Assembly: GCA_965198225.1 (NCBI GenBank)
Contig: CBDAOY010000004.1
Coordinates: 352,001 to 416,000 of the forward strand
Origin: Terriglobia bacterium
GTDB taxonomy: Bacteria > Acidobacteriota > Terriglobia > 20CM-2-55-15
Length of the DNA stretch: 64,000 nt
Reading direction: 5' to 3'
The first letter of the stretch is position 1, and every line of letters begins with the position of its first letter. The position numbers were made by a program, and so were the translations under genes. The notes beneath the pieces are model-generated. The model was not told where the DNA came from and did not search any database. It saw only the letters and a program-made list of their open reading frames with translations. Shown piece after piece: positions 30,782 to 40,688 of the stretch.

Positions 30782-33037
30782 TTAATTCAACTCCGAAATC
30801 GCCCGGGCTCTCCGAACCAGCTCGATGAACTCGGCCCGGTAACCTTCCGCATCCACGCCCCTGCTGGCCCTGGCAATCCGGATGACGTCATCGAAGGTCA
30901 CGCTGCCCTTGTGGGGCGAGTCCCTCAGAAGCATCCCGAAGCCGGCCACCGCAGTCGCGAAACGGTAGTCGTCGCTCGCGTCCGTCAGTCGGGTTTGACG
31001 ATCCACCACCGCCACATCCATCAGCTTGCTCACATCGCCGTCCGGCTCCTTGTAGCGGATCTTCATCGTCAGCAATTCGCCGGTTCCGGCGCGCTCGCTC
31101 GTCGATGTCGGAGTCTGGTACTTGAGCGGATCCACTCCGGGCAGGTTGATGGCGACGCCGGCCGGCACGATTTCGAACAGCGCTGTCACGGTGTGGCCCG
31201 AGCCGATCTCGCCGGCGTCTTTCGTGTCGTCGTTGAAGTCCTGGTGTTCGAGGACCCGGTTTTCATAGCCGATCAACCGGTAAGCATTCACCTCGTTGGG
31301 GTTGAATTCGATCTGGATCTTCACGTCTTTGGCGATCGTGATCAACGTGCTGCCCATCTCCTGGACAAGGACCTTCCGCGCTTCCTTGATCGTGTCGATG
31401 TAGGCGTAGTTGCCGTTCCCCTGGTCGGCGAGGGACTCCAGACCGGCATCGTTGTAGTTGCCGGTACCGAAGCCCAGGACGCTCAGGAAGACTCCGGTCT
31501 TCGCCTTTTCCTCGATCAACCGGGTCAGCGCGCCGTTGTTCGTCACGCCGACGTTGAAGTCGCCGTCGGTCGCCAGGATCACCCGGTTCGTGCCGCCCTC
31601 CACGAAGTTCTGAACGGCCGTTTTGTAGGCGAGGTCGATACCCGCCCCGCCGTTGGTGGAACCGCCTGCGGAGAGGCGATCGAGTGCCCGGATCACGGCT
31701 TCCTTCTTGTCTCCGGTCGTCGAGGGCAGAACCATACCCGACGCACCGGCATAAACGACGATCGCCACGCGGTCGTTCTCGGTAAGCTGTTCGACGAGCA
31801 GCTTCATGCCGTCCTTGAGCAGCTCGAGCTTGTTCCGGTCCCGCATCGAGCCGGACACATCAACGAGAAAGACGAGGTTGCTTGCCGCTCGCTCGTCGCG
31901 GGGAATCTCGCGGCCCTTGATCCCGAACCGCACCAGCCGGTGACTCGGGTTCCAGGGCGCTCGGGCCACCTCGGAGTGCACACGTAGCGGGTGTTCGCCG
32001 GTAGGCCCCGCGTAGTCGTAGGTGAAGTAGTTCACCATCTCTTCGATCCGCACGGCGTCGGGGGGCGGCAGCATCCTCTGGTTCAGGAAGCGCCGCACGT
32101 TCGCGTACGCGGCGGTGTCGACATCGATTGAAAACGTCGCCAGCGGATCCTGGGATACCGAGACGAAGGCGTTGTCGACGATCCGGTCATACTCCTCGGT
32201 GTTGAAGCGGTTCCGAGGCGGCAGGTCCGGCCGGAGGTCGCCTCTCATTCGGGAGAGCGCGTCCACTTCGTCCTCCGCAGCCACGAATCTTTGCCCCGCA
32301 ACCCGCTGACTGGGCATGGCGGGCTGCTCGGCTCGCAGCGTTCCTCCCAGCACCCCACGCAGCTCGGACAACTCCCCGGCGCGGGTTCCCTGCGCCGGGG
32401 CCGGCCCGGGCGCCGGGGGAGGTGCCGGTGGTGCGCTCTGCTTCTGCAACTGTGCAAATTCGACGATCCCGGAATCCCTATCCGCCGCGACCGGCGCGGC
32501 CGGGCCTGCATTTCCGGCCGGAGACGGCTCGGTCGGGACGGACTGCGTGTCCTGCGACGAGGTCGGCTCGGCCTGGGCGGCCGTGCCCTCCGGCGGCGGC
32601 ACCTGTTCGTTTTGGTTGCGGACCACCAGGCGCGGCGCCGGTGTGCGTTCGACCGGGACGGGGGTATTCAGAGCGAACGGGGTCGGTCCTGACGCCTGAC
32701 GCGATCGCAGGAGGCTCGGAGTCATGATCGACACCAGGCCCATCAACACGAGCGCCGCCGCGGCCAGGCCGCCGGCCCAGGAAATGACTCTGCTTCCCGC
32801 CGTGATCTCAGGCGCGGCCTCGAGCTCGACCGTTCGCCGTTGTTCCGCCGACAGGTAAACCTGTTCTTCGGAGGCGTAGCCTTCGCCGAGCAGACCGACC
32901 GTGTCTCGGATCTCCTTCAGGACCTCCTCGGCCTCCGGCGACGACTCCATTTCGCGCTCGAACGCAGCGCGTTCGTGGTCGTCCAGTTCTCCCAGCACGT
33001 AGGCTGTCCAGCGTGGATCGTTGCGGTCGATACTCAT
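30782..33037 (-). CDS. YfbK-like VWA protein: anti-sigma-like N-terminus, TM helix, vWA and DUF3520-type domains
   Basis: [19 protein letters not shown]-like, [44 protein letters not shown]; ATG 33037 with AAGGAG RBS. Confidence 0.9.
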   Translation of the reverse strand: MSIDRNDPRWTAYVLGELDDHERAAFEREMESSPEAEEVLKEIRDTVGLLGEGYASEEQVYLSAEQRRTVELEAAPEITAGSRVISWAGGLAAAALVLMGLVSIMTPSLLRSRQASGPTPFALNTPVPVERTPAPRLVVRNQNEQVPPPEGTAAQAEPTSSQDTQSVPTEPSPAGNAGPAAPVAADRDSGIVEFAQLQKQSAPPAPPPAPGPAPAQGTRAGELSELRGVLGGTLRAEQPAMPSQRVAGQRFVAAEDEVDALSRMRGDLRPDLPPRNRFNTEEYDRIVDNAFVSVSQDPLATFSIDVDTAAYANVRRFLNQRMLPPPDAVRIEEMVNYFTYDYAGPTGEHPLRVHSEVARAPWNPSHRLVRFGIKGREIPRDERAASNLVFLVDVSGSMRDRNKLELLKDGMKLLVEQLTENDRVAIVVYAGASGMVLPSTTGDKKEAVIRALDRLSAGGSTNGGAGIDLAYKTAVQNFVEGGTNRVILATDGDFNVGVTNNGALTRLIEEKAKTGVFLSVLGFGTGNYNDAGLESLADQGNGNYAYIDTIKEARKVLVQEMGSTLITIAKDVKIQIEFNPNEVNAYRLIGYENRVLEHQDFNDDTKDAGEIGSGHTVTALFEIVPAGVAINLPGVDPLKYQTPTSTSERAGTGELLTMKIRYKEPDGDVSKLMDVAVVDRQTRLTDASDDYRFATAVAGFGMLLRDSPHKGSVTFDDVIRIARASRGVDAEGYRAEFIELVRRARAISELN

Positions 33038-33228
33038 GGGATTCTCCTTACCAGGGACGGTGTCGGGGACGACGCCTTCGTCGGTGACGACGCCTTCATC
33101 CGCTCGCGAATCGTTTTGACTCCCGTGTGGATGAGGAAACCGACGTTGCTGACCGATAGTTGGGTGATGCTCGAGATCTCCTTGTAGCTGAGGTCGCACT
33201 GAAACTTCAGGCAGAGAACTTCGCGCTG
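33034..33228 (-). pseudogene. ECF sigma factor, region-4 remnant (5'-deleted)
   Basis: Reads [44 protein letters not shown]. Stop overlaps the VWA ATG (ATGA). An in-frame TAG lies immediately upstream, next to the repeat complex. Confidence 0.85.
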
Positions 33229-33280
33229 CTAAAACAGTTCGAGGGAAGCGGATTTTAGAGAAGCCCGCGTCCAAGCGGAG

Positions 33281-33551
33281 GTGTAGGTGCGGTCTAATGA
33301 CCGCACACTCTTCGAACCGAAAACTGTGCGCTCATACAAGCTGTGAACGAATTATGGGAACGGAAAATCGGGTGGCGGGGCTTTTCAAGTGTAGGTGCGG
33401 TCTATGACCGCACAACTTGTGGTCCCGCGGGCATTTGTGTGCTCATAGACCTCACCTACACTTGAGGATCGCAGGTTCTTCGTGAAAAGCCCCACCACCC
33501 GATCCTCCAACAAATGACATTCGTTCACAGCTTGATCGAGCGCACCTACAC
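33281..33551. repeat. REP doublet interrupted by a MITE that itself contains a REP doublet
   Basis: Outer doublet 33281-33336 + 33535-33551; inner doublet 33389-33461. Confidence 0.85.
33337..33534. mobile_element. 198-bp MITE-like element
   Basis: Perfect 16-bp terminal IR CAAGCTGTGAACGAAT / ATTCGTTCACAGCTTG; inner 21-bp IR (20/21) at 33367-33387 and 33483-33503; flanks ATA/ATC. Confidence 0.8.
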
Positions 33552-33656
33552 TCGATCCAAGAGTTTCGCTTCTCTCCGGCACCGACACGACGGCGGCCCG
33601 TGGTTACGTGAAGTTCCGGACGAACGAAGACGGAGAGGATCTTGAAAGACCGGGTC

Positions 33657-34073
33657 TCACTCCTCCAGGTAAATCCGGGCCCCCAGAAGCAGGGCGACCA
33701 CGGTACCGACGAGCATCCAGCCAAGGTGCATCATGACGGTTCCGGCCGGCTCCATCCCGGCCCTTAGCAGGGCCATGTCAGGGATCAGTCGGAGCAGGAT
33801 CCAGCAGTAGACGGCAGCGAGGATGGCGGTGCGAGGGCCGGGGCCGAACCGCGTCCGGATTGCTGCATAGAACCAGACCAGGAGTATCCCGCTTGCCAAA
33901 CCGATGATCGCGAAGCTGGATAGCGTTCCCGAGTCGATCGTCAGACCCATACTGGATGAAACCTGTGCCAAATCCTCTCCGAACGCCATACCGAAAATCA
34001 GCTCGAAGATGTCGATGACCACCCCTGCGGCGAGGCCGCCCATGACGACACGGCCCGTGTTGATCGAACTCAT
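33657..34073 (-). CDS. Small multi-pass membrane protein
   Basis: GGAGG RBS; INTGRVVMGGLAAG..YAAIRTRFGPGPRTA; four hydrophobic segments. Confidence 0.8.
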   Translation of the reverse strand: MSSINTGRVVMGGLAAGVVIDIFELIFGMAFGEDLAQVSSSMGLTIDSGTLSSFAIIGLASGILLVWFYAAIRTRFGPGPRTAILAAVYCWILLRLIPDMALLRAGMEPAGTVMMHLGWMLVGTVVALLLGARIYLEE

Positions 34074-34316
34074 GTGCCTCCTCCCGATTTCGGCGCTCGG
34101 CGACCAACCTTTTGCAAAGCACACATGCGTCGTTCGAGCGTCAAATGACGGTCGTACGATAGCACGGACGGAAATGTAATAGGGCCAGGCACCGGGGTGG
34201 CCCTTTTTCTTTCATTGATCGGATTCCAGATTTTTCTGGAAGACCTGCCCCATTGAGTTATAAATTCGGCGGACACACAGAAACTGAAACACACCCGCAG
34301 CGGTCGGAGGGGCCCA

Positions 34317-35753
34317 ATGAGGATTTCGTCAGCCAGGTTCTGCATTCTACTGTCACTCATGCTGTTGTCGGTCGCGGTTGCCGCGACGGCACAACAACCC
34401 ACGGAGATTGTCGTCCGCAACGGGACGATCGTGACGTCTGAAGGTCGCTACGAAGCCGACGTCCGTGTTCGGGGCGAGACGATCGTCGAGATCGGCCAGG
34501 ATCTTGCGGCATCGAACGACGCTCGGGAAATCGATGCGGAAGGCCTGCTCGTGGTCCCCGGGGGAGTCGATCCTCACTCCCACCTCAGCATCGGCGCCGA
34601 CGACTACACGAGCGGTTCGTCGGCGGCGCTTGCGGGCGGTGTGACGACGGTGTCGGATTTCTCGACTCCGCGAGACGGGGAACCTCTCGCCGCGGTGGTT
34701 GAACGGGCGGCCGCGAGGGTGGCGGCCGAGGGAATTGCCGACTTCATACTGCACGCGACCATCGCCGACCCGCGAGGCCGTCCCGCGGAGATGGAGGCGC
34801 TAGCCGAACTGGGACAGACCAGTACGAAAGTCTTCATGAACCGCCCGGCGTTCGAAGAACACATCGATGAATACCTGGCGATGCTGGACGCGGCCGGTGA
34901 GGCCGGCGTAATGAGCATGATGCACTGCGAGGATGGACCAATCCTCGCACACGCCGTTGCTGAACTCACCGCTGACGGTCATACGTCGCTCGAGTACTAT
35001 CCTCAAAGCAGGCCCCTCGTCGGCGAGGTAGTCGCGACGCAGCGCGCCATCGGGATGGCCGAGGCGACCGGGTCTCCGATCTACATCGTTCACATGTCCT
35101 CGGAGGGCGCCCTGCGAGTCGCCCAGGAAGCGCAGGCCCGCGGGCTGCCGGTTTTCGTCGAAACGCGCCCGATCTACCTGCATTTGACAGGGGAACGCTA
35201 CGAGGGTGATGACCGGGGGCTCTACATCGGCCAGCCTCCGCTCAGGAAGCAGAGCGATCAGGACGCGCTCTGGACCGGCATCGCCAACGGAACGGTCCAC
35301 GTCCTCGGAACCGATCACGTGCCCTACCTGAAGGAAACAAAACTCGATCCGAGCCAGACAATCGCCAACCACAACGCCGGGATGAGCAACCTGCAACTGA
35401 TTCGGCCGATGTTGTTCTCGGAGGGCGTCGCGACGGGGCGCATTTCCGCGGAACGTTTTGTCGCCGTCACCTCGACGAATCCGGCAAAGCTGTTCGGCCT
35501 CTATCCGCGGAAAGGAACGATCGCTATCGGTTCCGACGCCGACCTCGTTCTTTGGGATCCGAGCGAGACCCGGACCGTTCGCGACGAAGACATGTTCTCG
35601 AAGGCTGGCTACTCGACGTATTCGGGCCGTGAAGTGACCGGCTGGCCGACGATGACGATCCGCCGGGGCGAGATCGTTTACCAGGACGGCCAGATCGTCG
35701 GGGAAGTCGGCAGCGGCCAACTCCTCGAGCGGGGTCGATGGCAAGCTCCTTAA
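34317..35753 (+). CDS. Dihydropyrimidinase/hydantoinase-like amidohydrolase with signal peptide
   Basis: PGGVDPHSH, ALAGGVTT, KVFM, MHCED, IVHMSS, GTDH, STNPAKLFGLYPRKG, GSDAD. Confidence 0.9.
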   Translation: MRISSARFCILLSLMLLSVAVAATAQQPTEIVVRNGTIVTSEGRYEADVRVRGETIVEIGQDLAASNDAREIDAEGLLVVPGGVDPHSHLSIGADDYTSGSSAALAGGVTTVSDFSTPRDGEPLAAVVERAAARVAAEGIADFILHATIADPRGRPAEMEALAELGQTSTKVFMNRPAFEEHIDEYLAMLDAAGEAGVMSMMHCEDGPILAHAVAELTADGHTSLEYYPQSRPLVGEVVATQRAIGMAEATGSPIYIVHMSSEGALRVAQEAQARGLPVFVETRPIYLHLTGERYEGDDRGLYIGQPPLRKQSDQDALWTGIANGTVHVLGTDHVPYLKETKLDPSQTIANHNAGMSNLQLIRPMLFSEGVATGRISAERFVAVTSTNPAKLFGLYPRKGTIAIGSDADLVLWDPSETRTVRDEDMFSKAGYSTYSGREVTGWPTMTIRRGEIVYQDGQIVGEVGSGQLLERGRWQAP

Positions 35754-35889
35754 AAATGGGGCAAGAAAAAGAGAAAAAATGGGGGCAGAGCCCCCATTTC
35801 CCTAATTAGTTCTCCACTTATTGCAGTCTTTAATTAGGGTAATAATATACTTGACGAATCAATCTTCATAGCGTAGACTAGTTTGTGTT

Positions 35890-36880
35890 ATGAAGACAAT
35901 ACGCGAACCCAAGACACTCCAAGAAGCCGTTGTCCACTTTGCCGACGACGACAACGCGCTGAATTACGTAGCGAGCCGCCGTTGGCCTGATGGCGCTGTC
36001 ATCTGCCCTACCTGCGGTCGAGATGATGTAACTTTTCTTCAAAAGCAGCGCAAGTGGCAGTGCAAGAGCCAGCATAAGAAACGCCAGTTCTCGGTGAAGG
36101 TTGGAACGATCTTCGAGGGTTCGCCTATCGGTCTGGACAAGTGGCTCTGCGCCGTCTGGATGGTCACTAATTGCAAGAACGGTGTCAGTTCCTACGAGAT
36201 CCACCGCGCTCTTGGCGTGACTCAGAAAACCGCGTGGTTCATGCTCCAGAGAATCCGCTTGGCCATGCAGGATGAGAAGCCCCAGAAGAAACTCTTCAAA
36301 GGTACGGTCGAAGCGGACGAAACCTACATCGGCGGACTTGCGCGGAACATGCACAAGAGCAAGAAGGCGGAGAAGGTTCACGGTACTGGTGGACTCGCCT
36401 CTGGAAAGACCGTTGTGCATGGACTGTTGGAGCGAAACGAACGAAAGCACGCTTCCACCATCCGTGTTGCCGTCGTCGCAAATGCTAGGAGGAAGACCGT
36501 ACAGAAACGAGTGAAGGATAACGTTGAACTTTGGATCGGCCGTGTTTACCGATGCGTTGCTGTCCTATGCAGGGCTCGAATCTGATTACTTTCATAAGTT
36601 CGTAAATCATGCCGAGCGATATGTTGATGGCGTTGTCCACACTAACGGTTGTGAGAATTTCTGGACACTCTTGAAGCGATCCATTAAGGGAACCTACGTT
36701 AGCGTTGAGCCGTTCCATCTCTTCCGTTACCTCGATGAGCAATCCTTCCGATTCAATAATCGCCGCAAGGCGAGTGACGGTGACAGGTTCAGCAAAGTCA
36801 TCGGCCAGATCGTCGGCAAACGAATCACTTACGCTCAACTGACAGGCAAGATGGCAACCGCGACGGGTTACTACATCTAA
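35890..36880 (+). pseudogene. IS1595-family transposase, +1 frameshift at TTT 36530-36532
   Basis: Zn-ribbon CPTCG..WQCK, HTH (GVSSYEIHRALGVTQKTAW), VEADETYIGG; second frame FTDA..VNHAE..HTNGCENFW..YLDEQSFRFN. Confidence 0.9.
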
Positions 36881-37050
36881 ACGCCAGCGGCGCGGGAAAC
36901 GGCGGAAGCCTTAGCGGGCCTCCGCTTTTTCTTTCTGCGCTCTTCAACCTCCAGTCGGCTCCGTAGTTCCTCATAAGAGATCAGCAACAGTGTGCCAACG
37001 GCATTCTCGAATCGCTCAAGCTCCGTACTGCCCTTTATGTGTATCTTCAC
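36877..37050 (-). CDS. 57-aa basic protein (IS1595 passenger)
   Basis: GTG start overlaps the stop of the HEPN-like gene (GTGA); MKIHIKGSTELERFENAVGTLLLISYEELRSRLEVEERRKKKRR..; below the ORF-track cutoff. Confidence 0.55.
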   Translation of the reverse strand: MKIHIKGSTELERFENAVGTLLLISYEELRSRLEVEERRKKKRRPAKASAVSRAAGV

Positions 37051-37347
37051 TTGGTAGCTGCCTTTCCGTTACCGCTTGCCTCGAATGGCAACGTTGCGGA
37101 TACGGGTCTTCGCATCGCCTCAATCATCTGTGAAATGGAACTTAGACAAACGTTGAGAAACATCTGTGCCTGTTCGGTGGTTAAGACTTGATCCGGGTGA
37201 AGGAGAGGGTTTCTGTACTCTTCTCGGATGTGATCTAGAAACCCAGTAATGCGCCGGTCAGCCTTGCCTGATTGCTCAAGGTTTTTTATGTATCCTCAGT
37301 GGTCACTTCAAAACCGGCCAACGGGGATGGCCCGGGACGGTGTTGTT

Positions 37348-38103
37348 CTACCTCTTTGGGACTGGACTCGGCAAGCCCGTTTTAGTCCTCCAACTCCGAG
37401 GGCCGCATTTGAGGATGTGGCCGTGATGGAGCAGCCGGTCCAGCATGGCTGTGACGGCGGCGCTATCACCCAGTAGTTTTCCCCAGTCTTGGACGGGTCG
37501 ATTCGATGTCAGTAACGTACTGGTCCGTTCATAGCGTCGCATCACGATCTCGAGGAGTTCCTCTGCTGCAGTGGGAGGAAGCTTCCGCATCCCCAGATCG
37601 TCGATGATCAGCAGCGGGACCGTCGCCAAAGCTTCCATGCACTCCTTTCGGGTACCGTCAATGGTGGCTTCGGCGATGTCGTCGAGAAGCGCATGAGTTT
37701 CACGGTAGACGACCCGATAGCCCTGCTCAATCGCAGCCAAGCCGATGGCCTGAGCCAGATGACTCTTGCCGGTGCCAGGAGGACCGAGAAACAAGGCATC
37801 GTCGTGCCTGGAGATGAAGGCGCCCGTCGCCAGGTCGAAGACCAGACTACGATTCATCTTCTTGTTGAAAGTAAAGTCGAAGGAGTCGAGCGTCTTCTGG
37901 GGATCGCGGAACCGGGCCTGTTTCCGACGCCGTTCCAACAACCGGATGCTGCGACGGTCCAGTTCATCCGAGACCAGACGAGAGACCAAGTCGATCGGCG
38001 CCATGGCTTCGGTCTGGGCCTGGTGGAGGCGTGTTTCCAACACCTCGGCAATGCCGCCGAGCCGGAGTTGTCGGAGAGCCCGCTGGAGTTCGATCAGATT
38101 CAT
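37348..38103 (-). CDS. istB: IS21 helper ATPase IstB
   Basis: GPPGTGKSH, LLIIDDLG, LTSNRP, LDRLLHH. Confidence 0.97.
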   Translation of the reverse strand: MNLIELQRALRQLRLGGIAEVLETRLHQAQTEAMAPIDLVSRLVSDELDRRSIRLLERRRKQARFRDPQKTLDSFDFTFNKKMNRSLVFDLATGAFISRHDDALFLGPPGTGKSHLAQAIGLAAIEQGYRVVYRETHALLDDIAEATIDGTRKECMEALATVPLLIIDDLGMRKLPPTAAEELLEIVMRRYERTSTLLTSNRPVQDWGKLLGDSAAVTAMLDRLLHHGHILKCGPRSWRTKTGLPSPVPKR

Positions 38104-39740
38104 GAGTGTTCCTGCTCCTGGATTTTGAGGTTGATGAGATCGCGATACTGAGTCAGTTCGCGAATGAGAGGATCGACCTGACGCAGGGCGAGTGGAGGTC
38201 GCCGCTCCAGATAGCGGCGGACGAAACGATACTCGTAGACGTGGAGTTCCAGTGCCGCAGCCGAAGCATCCTCCACGGCGGAGACACCGTACTTCTTGGC
38301 CAGGGAGAGCACACCCAGGATGCGGCGGACCGCAGCTTCCCCTTGTCGGCGGTGAATGGCGTCACAGAGTGTGCCGATGTGGGTGCCAGCGCGGCGGGCT
38401 CGGGCCAGCAGTTGCACCGTCGTTAACGGGGTTTTCTTCGGGTTGTCTTCAGCACGGACACGGTATCCACCCCGCTTCTGGCGGACATGCTCGCGGAGGA
38501 GTGGATAGGTGTTTGGGTCCAGGATCCGGACGTGAAGCGTGTCCCACTGGACCTTGACACCCCGTCCGATCCAGCCCGGCGGTACACTGTAATAGGCGGC
38601 TTCGACTTCGACGCAACCGTCGAGATGGACGACACGTTCACCGAATTGGTAATAGCGAAACGGTTCGATCGGCAGCGGCTTAAGAGATGGTTTCTCTTCG
38701 GCGAACATGGCCGCCACCTGCCGCTTGGTCGTGCCGTGGATGCGGGTGTCGGCCCATCGGACTTCCCAGCGATCCAGATACCCCTGGGCCTGGTCGAGGC
38801 TCTCGAAGCGCTGTCCCTTCAATGGGGTCTTCTGGGCGTGCCCGACACCGGATTCGACTTTGCCTTTGCGGTCTGGATCGCGCACCCGGCATGGCATGGC
38901 CACCACGCCGTAATGGGTCAGGACATCTCGAAACAACGGATTCAGGGTGGGGTCGTAATGGTCCGGGACGATCACGCCTTCGCGCAGGTTATCCAGCACG
39001 ATGAGGCGGGGAGTGCCGCCGAGTCGGCGGAACGCGGTCTCGTGCAACTGGGCCCAGATGCGGGAACTGGACTTGAACGTCAGCAGCCGGACCGATTTGC
39101 GGCTGTAGCCCAACGTCATCACGAACAGCCGCGTCCGTCGGTACTTGCCCGTCTTCGGATCCCGGACCATCGGTCCGGTCCCGTAGTCGACCTGCGCTTC
39201 CTCTCCAGCTCCGGTCTGGATGATTCCGACCGCTTCCGGGGATCGCACTCCCCGGAGTTTGCGAACGAAACGCTTGACCGATTCGTAGCTGCCGACAAAA
39301 CCGTGATCCGTGACCAGGTCCTGCCAGATCGCCATCGCGTTGCGGCCACGCTCCAGCGCCTGTTGGATGGTCTCCCGGTACGGCTCGCAGGAACTGCCCG
39401 ACGGTGGGCTTGGAGGGGGAGCCGACGACTCTGCCGAGACCGGATTCCCGGCCTCCGGGTCGGTGGTCACTTCGTTGGCCGGTTTTGAAGTATCGGAACC
39501 GCCAAACCCCTCAACGACACCATTTACGCCGTCCGGGTCGGTGGTCACCTCGTTGGCCGGTTTTGCCGGTCGCCGGCCCCAACTCCCGGGCGGCCGAATG
39601 GGGATTCCGGCCGCTCTCAGATACGCACTGGCCGTCTCACGACGCACGCCGGTGGTCTGTTCGATCCGACGCAGCGGCCATCCAAGCCGCCCCAATGCAA
39701 CAACTTGCTCTCTCTTTTCTGTGCTCAAGACATTGCTCAT
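38100..39740 (-). CDS. istA: IS21 transposase IstA
   Basis: EAQVDYG, LGYSR, VLDNL, KGKVES; a duplicated KPANEVTTDP linker. Confidence 0.97.
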   Translation of the reverse strand: MSNVLSTEKREQVVALGRLGWPLRRIEQTTGVRRETASAYLRAAGIPIRPPGSWGRRPAKPANEVTTDPDGVNGVVEGFGGSDTSKPANEVTTDPEAGNPVSAESSAPPPSPPSGSSCEPYRETIQQALERGRNAMAIWQDLVTDHGFVGSYESVKRFVRKLRGVRSPEAVGIIQTGAGEEAQVDYGTGPMVRDPKTGKYRRTRLFVMTLGYSRKSVRLLTFKSSSRIWAQLHETAFRRLGGTPRLIVLDNLREGVIVPDHYDPTLNPLFRDVLTHYGVVAMPCRVRDPDRKGKVESGVGHAQKTPLKGQRFESLDQAQGYLDRWEVRWADTRIHGTTKRQVAAMFAEEKPSLKPLPIEPFRYYQFGERVVHLDGCVEVEAAYYSVPPGWIGRGVKVQWDTLHVRILDPNTYPLLREHVRQKRGGYRVRAEDNPKKTPLTTVQLLARARRAGTHIGTLCDAIHRRQGEAAVRRILGVLSLAKKYGVSAVEDASAAALELHVYEYRFVRRYLERRPPLALRQVDPLIRELTQYRDLINLKIQEQEHS

Positions 39741-40688
39741 GCCGACGGAGCCTGTTTCGGCTTCCCGTCGGTGTCAATGTCCCGGGCTTATCTATGTTCG
39801 TTGGCCGGTTTTCAGGTGACCACCATTGGCCGGTTTTGGGTGACCGCCGAGGATGTATGTTCCCCAGTTCCGCATTTTGGCTTTAGGCTTATTGCCGATA
39901 GCAAACTCATAGTAATTCCTGATGATCGTTTCTGTTGCTCGGACGATGTGGAATCCTGCGGCAGTCGGGATATCGAAAGCTATGCATCTGCCGGCTTGCT
40001 GGATATCTCGTATCGCGGTATCAGGTAACTCCCTGCGGGTGGCATCTGGAAGAAGCCTCTCTGCTTCGTCTATGAGGATGCGTGTGTCGTAGGCCAACTT
40101 GCGCGATACGAAATAGGTGTCCAAAGATTGGCACTCAGCAGCAAGCACGGTTTCAAAATCCTGAACAGCTTTCTTGATACCGGCTATTTGCCATTGGTGT
40201 ATTTCTCTTTCAAAATCAAAAGCCGCTTCACCTTTCGCTATCTCTGGAAATTTGTCGGGCACTATCTCAACCAAAAGTCTCCACAAATCTGCACATGCAG
40301 GTTTACATACCGACAGTGGGTGTGAAAAGGCGTCCGAATAGATACTTGCAAGCACGTTCTTGGCCGTGAGGGCCTGACCAAAGACATTGCCAACCGTTGT
40401 TGCAGCATCCGGTAATTCGGCGAGTGGACGTATAGTCTTTGCGAGCCTATAGAATTGATATTCATCAACTTTTTGCATACGGCCTCCAAGGAGGGGGCAA
40501 AATTTAAGCGCAACTTTCATTGTCGCTTCCCAGCCTTGATTCGGCAAGTATATTGTTGCCCTTATTTGCTGCCCCTCGTTTTCAGCACCTTCTTTGGAAT
40601 GCGGGCCGCAAATCCGTTCCCTCCAACCAACACCTTCATATAAAATCAGCCTTTCTCGAGACCGATTTTACCCAAGCGGAGGTAAGCC

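Larger units (their letters stand above)
37294..39852 (-). mobile_element. IS21-family element with 6-bp TSD ATGTAT
   Basis: Ends CCTCAGTGGTCACTTCAAAACCGGCCA / TGGCCGGTTTTGGGTGACCGCCGAGG with an internal repeat of the motif; TSD at 37288-37293 and 39853-39858. Confidence 0.95.
37047..40478 (-). pseudogene. HEPN-like (RxxxxH) passenger protein, 288 aa when reconstructed, split by IS21
   Basis: GGAGG RBS and ATG at 40478. Removing IS21 plus one TSD gives ..MRNWGTY-IKNLEQ..DHIREEYRNPLLHPD..*; also AGRCIAFDIPTAAGFHIVRATE. Confidence 0.75.
35837..40561 (+). mobile_element. IS1595-family transporter IS with passenger genes (contains IS21)
   Basis: 24-bp terminal IRs GGGTAATAATATACTTGACGAATC (35837-35860) and GATTCGGCAAGTATATTGTTGCCC (40538-40561), 21/24 match; AT-richer interior; no clean 8-bp TSD. 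Confidence 0.85.

Noticed and set aside
33038-33274. N-terminal extension of the 830-aa VWA ORF
   Set aside because: It overlaps the sigma remnant in another frame; the RBS supports ATG 33037.
36525-36535. Programmed frameshift in the IS1595 transposase
   Set aside because: It would need a +1 shift at a short T run without a recognisable slippery motif; mutation or sequencing error is more likely.
35829-40569. 8-bp target duplication for IS1595
   Set aside because: The flanks (TTAATTAG vs CTTATTTG, or shifted by one base) do not match, so no TSD is claimed.
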